A stretch of 64,000 bases of DNA from Entomortierella parvispora E1425. Taxonomy: Eukaryota > Fungi > Mortierellomycota. A model generated the notes under the pieces. That model did not search any database and was not told the origin of the DNA. It was given only the letters and a program-made list of their open reading frames with translations. The position numbers and the translations under genes are program-made. This document shows, one piece after another, positions 46,561 to 58,124 of the stretch. The DNA lies in assembly GCA_020891255.1 (NCBI GenBank), contig BQFW01000004.1:2356001-2420000 (forward strand), given 5' to 3'. Within the stretch, counting starts at the first letter, position 1; every line of letters begins with the position of its first letter.

Positions 46561-49500
46561 ATGGGTGCATCCCCTCCTCACGAGACAGCTTCTACTTCCC
46601 CTTCCTCTTCGTCCTCCTCCACTTCCTCCTTCTCTTCGGACACAACCTTGCACCCAAGCACTCTCCATTCTGCCAATACGGATCCTCTTTCCCCGCCCAC
46701 CCTGGGCGCTGATTTTACTTCTACTTCATCGTCGTCGTCCAGCTCACTTGCTCAACAGCCCGCCAAGAATAGCCCATCGATGCTGAAGGTGCAGCACCAG
46801 ACAAATGCCCTGGGTCGATCGCCGCTCACCAAAGGCCCTTCTGCTGCTGCTGCGTCCGTGAGAACCACTGTAGAGGCCTCCAAGGACTTTCATCCACTCG
46901 CCAAGGGATCTATTCCCGGAGAATCAGACTCGCGCAGATCCGTGGACAACACTTCTTCAATGGATCACGACTCTTCTGAGAAAGAGTGTGAGCAGGACCA
47001 GGACCACAAACAGACCTGGAGGACGCGGGATGGCCACGGTAACGGCGACTACCTGCAGAATAACAACATGAGCTTGGAGAAACAGCTTGGTGGCGACCCC
47101 CTTGCCTCAGCCCGGTCAGCAGAGGACACCACTACCAACGACCATCGGTCATCAACCGGCTCTGATCATAGTACAGACAACCCCTCGCCTACCGCAGACC
47201 AGGCATCACGACCTAGAGTCACCCTGGAACCCCTGTCTAGGTCGCGACAGCGGACTCTGAGCGTCCCATCAGCAAATCGGCTCGACTACGGACAGGTCAG
47301 AGCGGACATAGAACCAAGATCTGTTACGGCGGAGACGGCGGTGGAGACGCAAGGTCGACAGACACTCGACCCGCTACTTCCATCCTTGGCATCGCACCCA
47401 AGGAGACGCCCGTCCGCAGGACTGGTCACCTCTCCTACTGTCTTGAAACAACACCCAGTTCTGGAGCATTTGAATGATATGGGACCACTGGAGTTGGAAC
47501 GCGGGATTGACTCTGGAGTCCATTGGAACCACGACCCCATTCCTGTGATCAAAGCATCGTCCTTACCGCCAACGAGCAAGGACAGCAGGCCACCGACTTC
47601 AGAATCGTCGACGCGCTCGCAAAGGACTGTTCACCATACCTACTCCTCTTCCACTCTGGCCTCGGAAGGTTCAACGTCATCATCGCAACAATCGACAGGA
47701 GAGACTTTGTTGAAAACGGAAAGACTTGGAGATGACCACAGCGGATCGACTTGGGATGGGGATCATCCGCTGCTTCTCGACTATACAATGGAGCCTGAAC
47801 TGTTGGACGAGTATGAAGACAGCAACTTTCTAAACGGTGAGGTTCACTCACAGCCTTTGAACGACCGCACCGTGTCCCTAAGACACAAAGGTCACAGCAT
47901 GAGCATGGACGCCCCACGTGAGGCATCGCCAACTGCAGGAAGTTCATTCCATGCCTCAGGGCCAACAACCACTCGGCGTAGAAGGAATATTTCTCGATCC
48001 AAAGAGCAGCAAGGAAATGGCCAAGACCAAGATGTCCAAGGACATACTAGAACCATGACAGAATCTGCAGGAAAGCGGGTTATTATTCATCAGGTTGCAA
48101 TCAACGATACTCTTGCGGGTATTGCTCTCTACTATGGCATCCAGGTAAGATGCCCCTAGGTCATTCTTCAAAAGATCACATTGAGCAAGCAAGCTTACTG
48201 ACCCTCCACCATTGCTGAGCATAGGTGCCTCTACTGAAAAAGTCTAACAAGTTGTGGACCAATGACTCGATCCATACTCGAAAATACCTGTATATACCCT
48301 TCGAAGACTGCTCAGTGGCGCGGCAGGCAGGCGTTTTGGTGGACGAACGATCTCAATCGGTTCTCCTGCCACAGAGGAGACAGACCTCACAGAATCGGAC
48401 GGGATCAACAGGACAGGCCTCATCCTTTACAGCCTCGCGGATGTCCACCTATGATGCTGCCATTAACAACAGCAGTCTACCAGCAAACCACGGAGGGAAC
48501 CACTTTTCAACGTATCGATCCAACTTCGATCCTTCCGCCCCACTATCAGAGTCACCAGAAATCTCTGCTGTAACAGCCGGGATGCTACCCACTTCCACAC
48601 CCTCCACTTCAATTTCACCGCGCCTAGGTACTTGGTCAGACTCGAAATCGGTCGCGGCTCCTCCCATGCCCACCTCGCCCACGATCACCAGCTTTCAACG
48701 GAAATCTGATAACAACTTCTCAACAATGACTCCTCTATTACCTTCAGCCAGTGGAAAAGTGCCCGCAAAGGATGGATTTGCATTCTCTGGTAGTCTACCA
48801 GACACTGTCATCGTTCCACCATCTATGACACACGAGGCGTTAGCAGCACGATTCAAAGAGATGGACATGGCAACGGGGGAGCAACAGCGCAAGAGTCAGT
48901 CCGCACAGGAACAGGAGCTTCGGACAAACCCAATCCATCATAGACATAGGACTTCTGATCTTCGACAGTATGCCCATATGCAGAAGCAGCAACAACAACA
49001 ACGACAAACGCGACCTGCAGATGACGGATCTGTAACATCTTCCAACACAAGCTCGAGGCGAACTTCTGTCGAGTCTAGCGGCATTCGTGAGCTTGTCATG
49101 TCAGCGAAAGCAGGTGTGGGCAGTAACATTAGAGGTTCCAGTTTCAGACCAACTTCCGAGACGGAGATCGATCCTGAGTCTGTGATCAAAGAAGAAGGCG
49201 AGGAGAACCCCAACGTTTACGATGAGAGTCCGAGTGTTGTTCTATCCCCAGAGAGACTGGACAGCACCACCACGCCATTTGTGACTTTTGGTCACCATCA
49301 ACACATCTACCAGACCTATGACCCTGGTAGTACTAGTGGCAGTTCACGGCATGGACTAGAGGGCTCAACATCATCTTCAGCATCCTCTGGAGAGGCGCCT
49401 GAACATCCGAGAAGGCAGGAACTCATTACTGTACCGGAAGGAATGCTCTCCTTCTTTCCCTCGCCCGAGCACTCGAAGCGATTGGAGACTCCCCAGTCAA

Positions 49501-50498
49501 TATCAAAGCTACAGAATCAAATGGACTTTTACCAGACGTCCCCCTCCTCCACAATCTCCTCCGGCAGCTCCAACAACCCAAACAGTCGCCGGGGAACGAG
49601 GCCGTCATCAAAGACAGGCGTCAATGGGGCTCGATCCAAGAGCAGGTCATCTCTTGGCAATCAAACCTTTGAGGCACCATCTGGCCAACCGGTCTCGTCG
49701 ACGACCACATATGGCCGTCAACCTGATTCAACCTCCTCCACTACCTCAAAGCCATCAAATTCTGCAACCACATCAACGAGCAAGAGCGCCTATTCAAAAT
49801 CGGTTCGACTGAACAGTGGCAGTAACCAGTATAGCGCACAGAAATGGTCATTGATGGGCGAATCGCTTGTCGATGATCTCTTGGGAGCAGTACGAGGACC
49901 GTTACAAATTGCTAGACGGATGTATAATCTCTCTAGCTTCGGATTTGGAGGCGCTTCGACCAATACGAGTGCGTCAGCTTCAGGCAAGGAAGGCTTTACA
50001 GACTCTAGTCCATGGCGGGCAAGCGGTGGAGGATCTATCAGGAGATCTCGAAGTGGTCGAGGCAACCGGAACTCCATTGGTTACGCAATTGAGCTGGATC
50101 AAGCCAAGACGACGCTGGTCCAAGGAAGCACCGCTACATCTTCTGACGCCGCTGGTACAGGGAGGACTCTCTTGAGACGAATGCCAACCAATGAATCTTC
50201 CACAGTCCCTGGTGGCATGACGCGACCTGGACGAGGCAGTATGAGACGAAAGAGCAGTTCTGGGAGCAGCCATGGGCCTCGTCAAGGAAGTACTGGAAGC
50301 GGAGAAAGCATTGGAAACAGCAGCAGTGTTCGGAAGCGGTCTTTGCGGTCCTCTCACCCCATCAACCATGGGGCTCTTATGGCGCTAGTCAATGAGCTGG
50401 ACAAGGACAAGAAGGAAAAGGAAAAAGAGAAAGAAAGGCGGGAAAGCAGCGGGTCCCATGGAAGCAGTGGCGAGGTGACCGCCGATATCCTGGCATAG
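46561..50498 (+). CDS. Large, mostly disordered protein with one internal LysM domain, about 1285 aa. Exons 46561..48144, 48225..50498
   Basis: The LysM is split by a phase-0 intron: IIHQVAINDTLAGIALYYGIQ/VPLLKKSNKLWTNDSIHTRKYLYIP. The remainder is S/T/P/R-rich. No signal peptide or transmembrane segment is visible. Confidence 0.87.
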
Positions 50499-50771
50499 AT
50501 TTTTTTTTTTCTTCTTGATTTTTGCCTTGTAGTTTGAAGAATAAACAATAAGGCTCGCAGTCTCGTCGTATACCCCAGAATCAACTCTTCTCTTGTTCTC
50601 TTCTTTCCCCTTCACCCTGTCAACTATCCCAATATGAATTTGATAGATATTGAAAAGCGAAGTCGCGTGGATCTGCAGATGTAGGGGTTCATTATTTATT
50701 TATCCTTTATATGATTGAAGTTGGACGCCAGCTAGATAACAAAAGTCGTGGAGGGAAGGATTGATGAGAGT

Positions 50772-52183
50772 TTAGAGAGCGTTGGAAATGAAGGCCACAG
50801 CAGCAACGATCAAGGACAGGGGAGTCGAGGCGGCAGTCAAATAGATGGCGCCATTCGAGATGATGGTGGGTCCACCAGTATGTCCCGTCCCAGTTGCGGA
50901 CGCGCCTGGGCCTGCAGGCACGGTACCACTGACACTGGGTTGAGGGGTCGCAGGGCCAGTCAAGACAAAGGTACCTGCGCCTTCCTTGTAAGGTGCAGCG
51001 TCGCCCCTGCATTGAGCAATAGGGACAATGGTCAAACCTGGGGTACCGTAAGCGATAGGAAGAATGCCAGTGATCGAGACATTGACCTCTGCGGGAAGCA
51101 CTGAAATTAAACAATTTTGGGATGATGTGGTCAGAACGTGAGGATCAAAAGAAAAAACAACTTGTGAAAATCAGAGCAGAACGAAAATCTTACAGTCGTG
51201 TTCAAGGACAATGAATCCGGTTTGCATGGTAGGGATCTTCACCAGCCAAGACTTGAAAGTGTCAACAACCGACTGGGGCGTGGCAGAGTCAGGGATATGC
51301 CACTGATATCAAAGGGCGCGTAAATGAACTGCTACAGTGGCACAAACATGAACAGACGGGGCTCAAGCGGAAAAAAAATAAAGCTTACGTCGTCGGTATC
51401 AAAGTCCTGAGTCCAGATGGCAGTCTTGTAGCCGAGCTGAGTAGCAATGGCGCGGACACGGTTATCGACATCGCCATAGGGAGGACGCCAGTAAAGAGGA
51501 GTCACGCCAATGGCATCAAAAATGGCCTTCTCTGTCCACTTCAGCTCGGCGACGATCTGCTCGTTGGTCAGAGAAGTCATGGCGGAATGGGACCAGGTGT
51601 GGATGGCGATATGGTGTCCCTCTTTGTAGGCACGCTGTAGAATTTCCTTGCGACTGATGACACGGGATCCCACAACGAAAAGCGTTGCCTTCTGCTTCTT
51701 TGCCAGCAAGTAATCATAGAGTCGGATCGAGTCCTCCGATGGACCGTCTATCACAAAAAAAAAAAAAAAAAAAAAGGAATGTTGGAACGGGATTAGACCC
51801 GGGGAAAAAGCAAATAAATATCACCCAACCTAGTTCCGAAGGCTCCTCTTACCATCATAGGTCAACCCCCAGGTACCGGTGGTAGGGCAAGTGGTGATGT
51901 CGGTGGGAGCCTCGCACTTTTGACAAGTCCACCAGCACCGGTTTGGGTCAATCGTGGCCAAGTCTGGGCAGCCAGCTGTGGCATTGGATTGAGGGTAGAC
52001 GGGGACCTTGGTCATATCAACAAGCTTGAGCCAGGTCTGCACCTGAGGGTCCTGGGTGTATGGAACACAGTCCAAGGAGGGATATTCGCCAGGATCGAGG
52101 GCCTTATACTCTGGACAGACTATGGCCAGAGCCACAGAGAGTGTGGCTGAAATGGCCAGGAGGGAAGAGACGACTTTGACCAT
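50772..52183 (-). CDS. CDA: GPI-anchored chitin deacetylase (CE4/NodB), copy A, 375 aa. Exons 52183..51853, 51747..51389, 51302..51194, 51100..50772
   Basis: Signal peptide MVKVVSSLLAISATLSVALA; CE4 motifs TYD/DGP, HTWSH, YWRPPYG, DTDD/W, IVLEHD; Cys-rich N-terminus (CWWTCQKC); hydrophobic C-terminal GPI-type tail. Confidence 0.94.
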
Positions 52184-53358
52184 TATGTATTTCGAGAAAG
52201 GGGATGCTGGTGAGGAAAAGTGTGCGGAATGATAAAAGAGGTTGGTGCTGCTTGGGTGAGCGGGAGGTGCCTGTCTTGCAGGTGGAATATGGTGCAACGG
52301 TTGGGGAAAGGGGGGTAGGAGTTGGTGGAAACAAAAGGTAAGAAAGACAGTGATGAGCAGAAAAGAAGAAAACAAAAAAGAAAGGACTCCAGCGATTTTT
52401 GACCCACCCAGGGGGGAAAGAAAACAAACAACGCCCATGTTTTTGCCACCGTTATTATAGTTTCCTCTTTTCCAGTATCAATTGGATGTGCTTGAATAGT
52501 GTAATCCGCAGGAGCAGTACAGAATAGGCCGAGGTCAATGGACCTACTTGTACAGGGGGAGAAAACAATCGTCCAGACGGTAAATGTAAGGTTTTGGAGA
52601 AATGGTGGCCAACAGTCAGGGATTTCGACGCTCACCGGGTGAACAATCAAAAATCAAATGCGCCAAAAGCATAGAATGACTGGCCACAAAAGGATGCCCC
52701 AGGCCCTTCGTGCACAAACACGAAGAAGAAAAAAGCAAGTTGAGAGCCCTCTCTGTCCCTTCCGGGTATTCGATGATGATGGATGGGCAACAAAGAGCGC
52801 TGTTTTTCTCTCTCGTGCCGACTGAGAGCTCAGCTTAACCCCCCTCGACGGCAAAAGCACGAACGATAATAACAACAAATCAATCAACAAGGTGGCCAAC
52901 GACGCAGTAAAGGAAAAAGTAACGGGGCTTTGCAAGCTTCTAGAACCAGCCATTCTGGTTGAACCCCCCACACCCGCAGTGATCTTTTTCTTTCTCGGAC
53001 GTCTTGATAAAAGACACAGCGATCCTGGATGACCTAGAACTCTGTGGGCCGATTCCAGCCGCAGCGAGCGAAGGAGCGGACAGGGAGTACGCGTGGACCT
53101 GCGTCAGAGGTTTCATCTCTGCGTGCTATTCAAGCAAACAGTGAACGTGCTGTGGTAACTTCAGCCTGATTTGTAGTATGATGATTGTATTTCAAGAACA
53201 CAACAATGACAAACAATGATACACCAGGTAGATAATATCCTCGTGTAGAAATACACTGTAAATGTACAGTAGGACACGTACAACCCCTGCCTTCTCAATG
53301 ATATATTTGAATTGTCTTCATTATGGACCATATCTTTTTTTGTCGTTCTATAATGAAT

Positions 53359-55136
53359 CTAAATTGACATGATGACAGCGACGACGACTCCAAGGCCGCC
53401 GACCCACAACGTCTTTGACTGAGTGGCGGTTGTAGTCAAAGCTCCGGAAGCGCCACTCTTGGTGTTGTTTCCGCTTGCACCTCCGACGGTCGAGGAGTTG
53501 CTGCTGGACGAAAGCTTAAAGCTACCTGCTCCCTCCTTGTAGGGCTTGGGGTCGCTCAAGCACTGAGCAATTGGCTCCATCGTCAATCCCTTGGTCGTGT
53601 AGGCAATTGGGAGCACTCCGTTGATCGAAACATCGACTTCCTGAGGGAAAACTGAAAAAGAAAAAAACAAAGAGAATAGCGCGCTGTGAGTTTTTAGATC
53701 CTCTTTTACATCATAATTCGCCGAGCTATTTTTGAACTTACGATCGTGCTCGAGGACGATGAATCCAGTCTTCATCGTGGGGATCTTCGTAAGCCAGGTC
53801 TTGAAGGTGTCAACGACGGATTGAGGCGTGGCCGTTCCTGCAGGGATGTTCCACTGTGGGTTGCAAAGGCGGGGATAAAAGTCAATATTTTGCGGTAAAT
53901 GAAACCAAACGTGCAAACCACGCGACGAGAAGGAGGGGGCTCAACGAAGTTTTCAGGGACTGGAGGTTAGTGGGAAGAAGCTTACATCATTGGTGTCAAA
54001 GTCCTGGGTCCAAATCGAGGTCTTGTAGCCGAGTTGGGTGGCAATGTTACGGACACGGTTGTCGACATCACCAAAGGGGGGTCGCCAGTAGATGGGTGTG
54101 ACACCGATCACGTCGAAAATGGCCTTCTCGGTCCACTTCAATTCCGCCACGATCTGTTCGTTCGACAGACTGGTCATCGAGCTATGAGACCAGGTGTGGA
54201 TCGCAATGTGGTGACCTTCGCTGTAGGCGCGCTTCAAAGTCGCCGGGTACGAAACCGCACGCGATCCAACAATGAACAAAGTGGCCTTTTGGTTGTGCTG
54301 CAGCAAGTTATCGTACAGACGCGGCGAATCTGGAGATGGGCCATCTATGGGACACGGAACATATAGCAGAAAGACCAAACAAGAGCCAAAAAAAAAAAAA
54401 AAAAAAAAAGGAGTTAGACATGTAATAAAGATAGGAAGCCAAGCTGACGATGTAACGAGAGCTTTGGAAGGATGATCGTGGCCTATGAATGTCCAAAATC
54501 TTGAGACGAGCCTTTCTTCCAAGGGGGAAAGAAGGAGGAGACTAAAATATGTCCTGGACGGAAATATATATTTGTCCTTTTTCGTGGTCAAGCCCACACA
54601 ACCCAAGAATAGCCTCTTTTTTTTTTTTTTGCCCCCTCTTACTTGAACCCTCGGTCTGAAGAAAGATCGAAACGAATATCCCTGGGTATGAACACAGGAA
54701 AGGTGGACAAGGCCACCCTAAAATAAATATTTTTACACACACACTTACCATCGTAGGTCAAACCCCAAGTGCCGGTGGTAGGACAAGTGGTAATATCATC
54801 CGGTGCTTCACACTTTTGACAAGTCCACCAGCACTGGTCCTTGGGGATGGTGGTCAAATCGGTGGGACAGACACCGTCGGCCGAAGGAGGGAAGACAGGT
54901 GTCTTTGAGAAATCGACCAGCTTCAACCAGGTCAGCACCTGAGGGTCCTGAGTGAAAGGCACACAATCGATCGCTGGGTATTGTCCGGGAGCGACAGCCG
55001 TGTAGGTGGTCTTGCAGGTACTAGCACCCGCTCGCTTTTCCAATGAGTGATGACCATGGCCCTGAACTGAAGTTGCAAGAAAGAGGGGTGCGAGGGAGAC
55101 CGCGATGGCTCCGAGGACTGAAAGGATTCGAACCAT
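53359..55136 (-). CDS. CDA: GPI-anchored chitin deacetylase (CE4/NodB), copy B, 383 aa. Exons 55136..54749, 54344..53986, 53853..53742, 53651..53359
   Basis: Signal peptide plus a KR propeptide site (HGHHSLEKR); CE4 motifs TYD/DGP, HTWSH, YWRPPFG, DTND/W, IVLEHD; GPI-type tail. The three intron positions and phases match copy A. Confidence 0.94.
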
Positions 55137-56358
55137 GATGATTATGATGATAGTTGTAATATGCTGGAGTGGATATGATTGTTCGTAAACGGGATGCGAA
55201 TGAAGATGCAAATTAGAGGAATAAAACTGGGTGATATCGTGTCAAAAAAAGAACAGGAACCGAGAGTGGAGTGCAGAAGGATGAAGAGTAAAAAGGATGA
55301 AGGAGAAAAAAGAGGAAACTTCACTCGCCTCTCCTTTATATCGATGAACAGGCCAACGGTCAGGGACCAGAGTCACCCAGCAAAAAGCTACCAGGTCCTA
55401 CGCCAAATACGTTAGTTTATTAATATTGTTTTTAAAATATCCTCAGTCTCCCATGGCAAAAGCCGGTCAGCCTCTTTTTACCGGGTGGTTGATTAGAAAA
55501 CAGCCAACAACAGAGGGCGAGGTATGGCTGCAAGCTATGCCAGTTGATGGCGGATCGTAGACGAACAGGGTCTCAATTGCAGTGGCAAAACCTCCCTAGC
55601 TGGCGCGCGACGCCGAGAGAGCCGGTGGGCGTTGAGACGTGCTTGGGACGGGAAGTCAAGATGCCCCTCGGTTTCTACGAAAGAGCACAACTTCCCGCCT
55701 TGGAAATCCTCGGGGCACAGGAATATAAATTCTATTTTTACCATCGACGTGCGAGTGACATGAACATCAGAAGAAGAATAGTGCCATTCCATTTGGGGAC
55801 AAGGGTCCTCCCTTTTAGCATCCATAGCAATGAGATAATAATAGTGAAGGGCAGGGCTGATGCAGGGGATCCCGTTTGCGCGCGCAATTCACGCGTAGAA
55901 CTTGTTCTCTTACGGCTCCAATAGGCTATCCTCCTCTCTCCTGTGTTTCTGCCTCTTCCAAAACGTCTTCCTTGGGATAAACCGTGGGCGATGTTCTTTT
56001 TCTACCTCTTGAGAACAAATGTCATCCTTTGCGGTGCGCTCGGTTGGTAGAGAGTCAAAGAGCCACAGGTAGGATATTAATCGTTCTTTCCAGAGTTGCA
56101 GTGCCACTTTTTTTTTTTGTCCCTGCTACACTTCACGACGATTTTTGACCCCGGTTCGGAGTTGCCCTCAGGAAACCTGAAAAGCTCGGCAATGGCTCCA
56201 AATGACTGCAATTGAAGGTAAACGAGGCAAGTATCTGATGTAAGAGAAGGTGTATTTTATTATATACTTCCACCAGGGAAGGAAATAGAACAGTTGAGGA
56301 CCTTTAAGTATAGTAGTGAAATTAGAATGGCCATTGAAGACCGACAGTGTCTTCTTAT

Positions 56359-56685
56359 CTAAAGGGCAGCGACAATGGCGACGGCAAGACCGGCAACCGA
56401 GACGACCGAGCTCAAGACAACAGAGTTGGCAGCATTGTGGGTAGCGGATGGGGCAGGAGGAGCGGAGACGGAGGCAGAGGTTGGGATGGGCAGGGGTGCG
56501 GGCACAGAGGCGGTGGGGTTGCTAGGAGGACCAGTGGCAATTGGAGGGAGGACGGAAGCCGTCTTGGTGGATCCGGCAGCGGAGGTGTGCTTAGTAGGAG
56601 AAGCCTCGCCTGATGTGCTCTTTTCGGCGGCCATGGCAACCGAGGCGAGTGCAAGAGCAGCGGCGATGTAAAGGGTGAACTTCAT
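56359..56685 (-). CDS. Small secreted S/T/P/A-rich, probably GPI-anchored cell-surface protein, 108 aa
   Basis: Signal peptide MKFTLYIAAALALASVAMA; low-complexity S/T/P/A body; small-residue omega region (HNAANS) followed by the hydrophobic tail VVLSSVVSVAGLAVAIVAAL. A TATATA element lies at about 56776. Confidence 0.85.
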   Translation of the reverse strand: MKFTLYIAAALALASVAMAAEKSTSGEASPTKHTSAAGSTKTASVLPPIATGPPSNPTASVPAPLPIPTSASVSAPPAPSATHNAANSVVLSSVVSVAGLAVAIVAAL

Positions 56686-58124
56686 GTTGAGCTTGTAGAG
56701 ATGGAGATGTGGAAGGTTTGTGAGAGGAAGAGGAGGTGAAGAGTGAAAGAAGAAAGCGTCGAGCGTCTTCCCTTTATATATGACGAAGAGAAGTAGGATG
56801 CTAGAGCCGAGTCATTGGGCAGTTGCGGGCCCTGTCTGGTCACCAATTCACTAATCGTTGCCGTTGGGCTGAGAACTGGTTCATGAGTGGAGGGGATGTG
56901 TGGACTTGGTGGAATTGCTCATTTCGTTTTGTGTTCTAACCCATTTTTGGATGTTTTGTTGCACTCGCCAGAGACGGGTCACAGGCATTTTTTTTTTCTT
57001 TGGTTTACTGCTTTGCCCCGCGCCCCAGCTTTCCCATTTGCTTTTCTGCTTTCTCATGGTCTACAGCGATGTCATCTGTTAAAAAATGAGCGAATGCAAG
57101 AAAGGAAGATAGGCCTGGGTTCGCTTTTAGTCTCTTCTACCCCCGTCATTTGTCACACCATTTTTCATTTCTGCTCTCGTTACGCCCAATTTGTCCCTGG
57201 ACTCATTCCAGCCCGAAGGACGCGCCGCCGACTGAAGACTTTTTGCAGAAACAAGAATGAAAGCAAGGTGTGCCTTTGTTTCTCTTCACTCCAAAGAAAG
57301 AACGACTTTTTGTTCAGCTGGTTGTTGTCCCTTGCCTGCTCCATCAATTGAATGAAGTCAGCATGGCCGGACTACAGCTTCTTTATCCTTTGCACTTTTC
57401 TTGCTGAACCTGGGTAAAGACTAGTGTTTCAAAGGTCGTCTGACAGGTTGATTTAACTTGGCAATATAGTCTGAATTTGCAATTACATTCTGTGTCCTCT
57501 CGAGAATTTTCTCGTCGAGATCTCATGGAGCTGCTGTTATCATGTGTCGAGTCTTGAGAAACTAGAATGGATTGATTACATTTGATAAAAGTACAGTACA
57601 AAGGTGCAACGAACGGCGTCCTGTCAACCAAAAACAACTTTCATGTGGTGGGCTTTTATTCTCGTAAGTGGTTGTGGTTGACAAGCGTAGTGGTTATTGC
57701 TTTACGCCCCTCCGTCTTGTCAACAAAGAGGACGCTACATTCTTGCATGCTGCAGCAGGTCGTTCACACTTTGCCAGCGGACAACGAATTGTGCTCCCTG
57801 CCTCGGGGCCTGCATTTTCTAGATTCAGGTCCACGTGCCAACAATTTCTCTTTTAGGACAAGATTTTATTCTAGGAAAGTTGTGAAGTTGTACAATAATG
57901 AAAAAAACAGAAGAACGGAAGAGTGGAGAAGTGCCAGGCAGGGACAAAAACTGGAGGAGTGAAGGATGAGAAAGGATAGAGGTGGTATGACAGCGTAATG
58001 GAATGCTAGTAAACAAGAGTAATGAATGAGAATGACTAGTTTTGATACATGCAGGACTATAGTACTTCGATTACGACGTGGCTTGATGATGAAGGTCTTT
58101 TGACCTTTGTGGGTAGGCCTACGA

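Noticed and set aside
53652-53741. Stop-free 90-nt in-frame intron 3 of CDA copy B
   Set aside because: It has canonical splice sites at the same position as the intron in copy A. Retention would disrupt the catalytic HD motif region, so it is treated as an ordinary intron.
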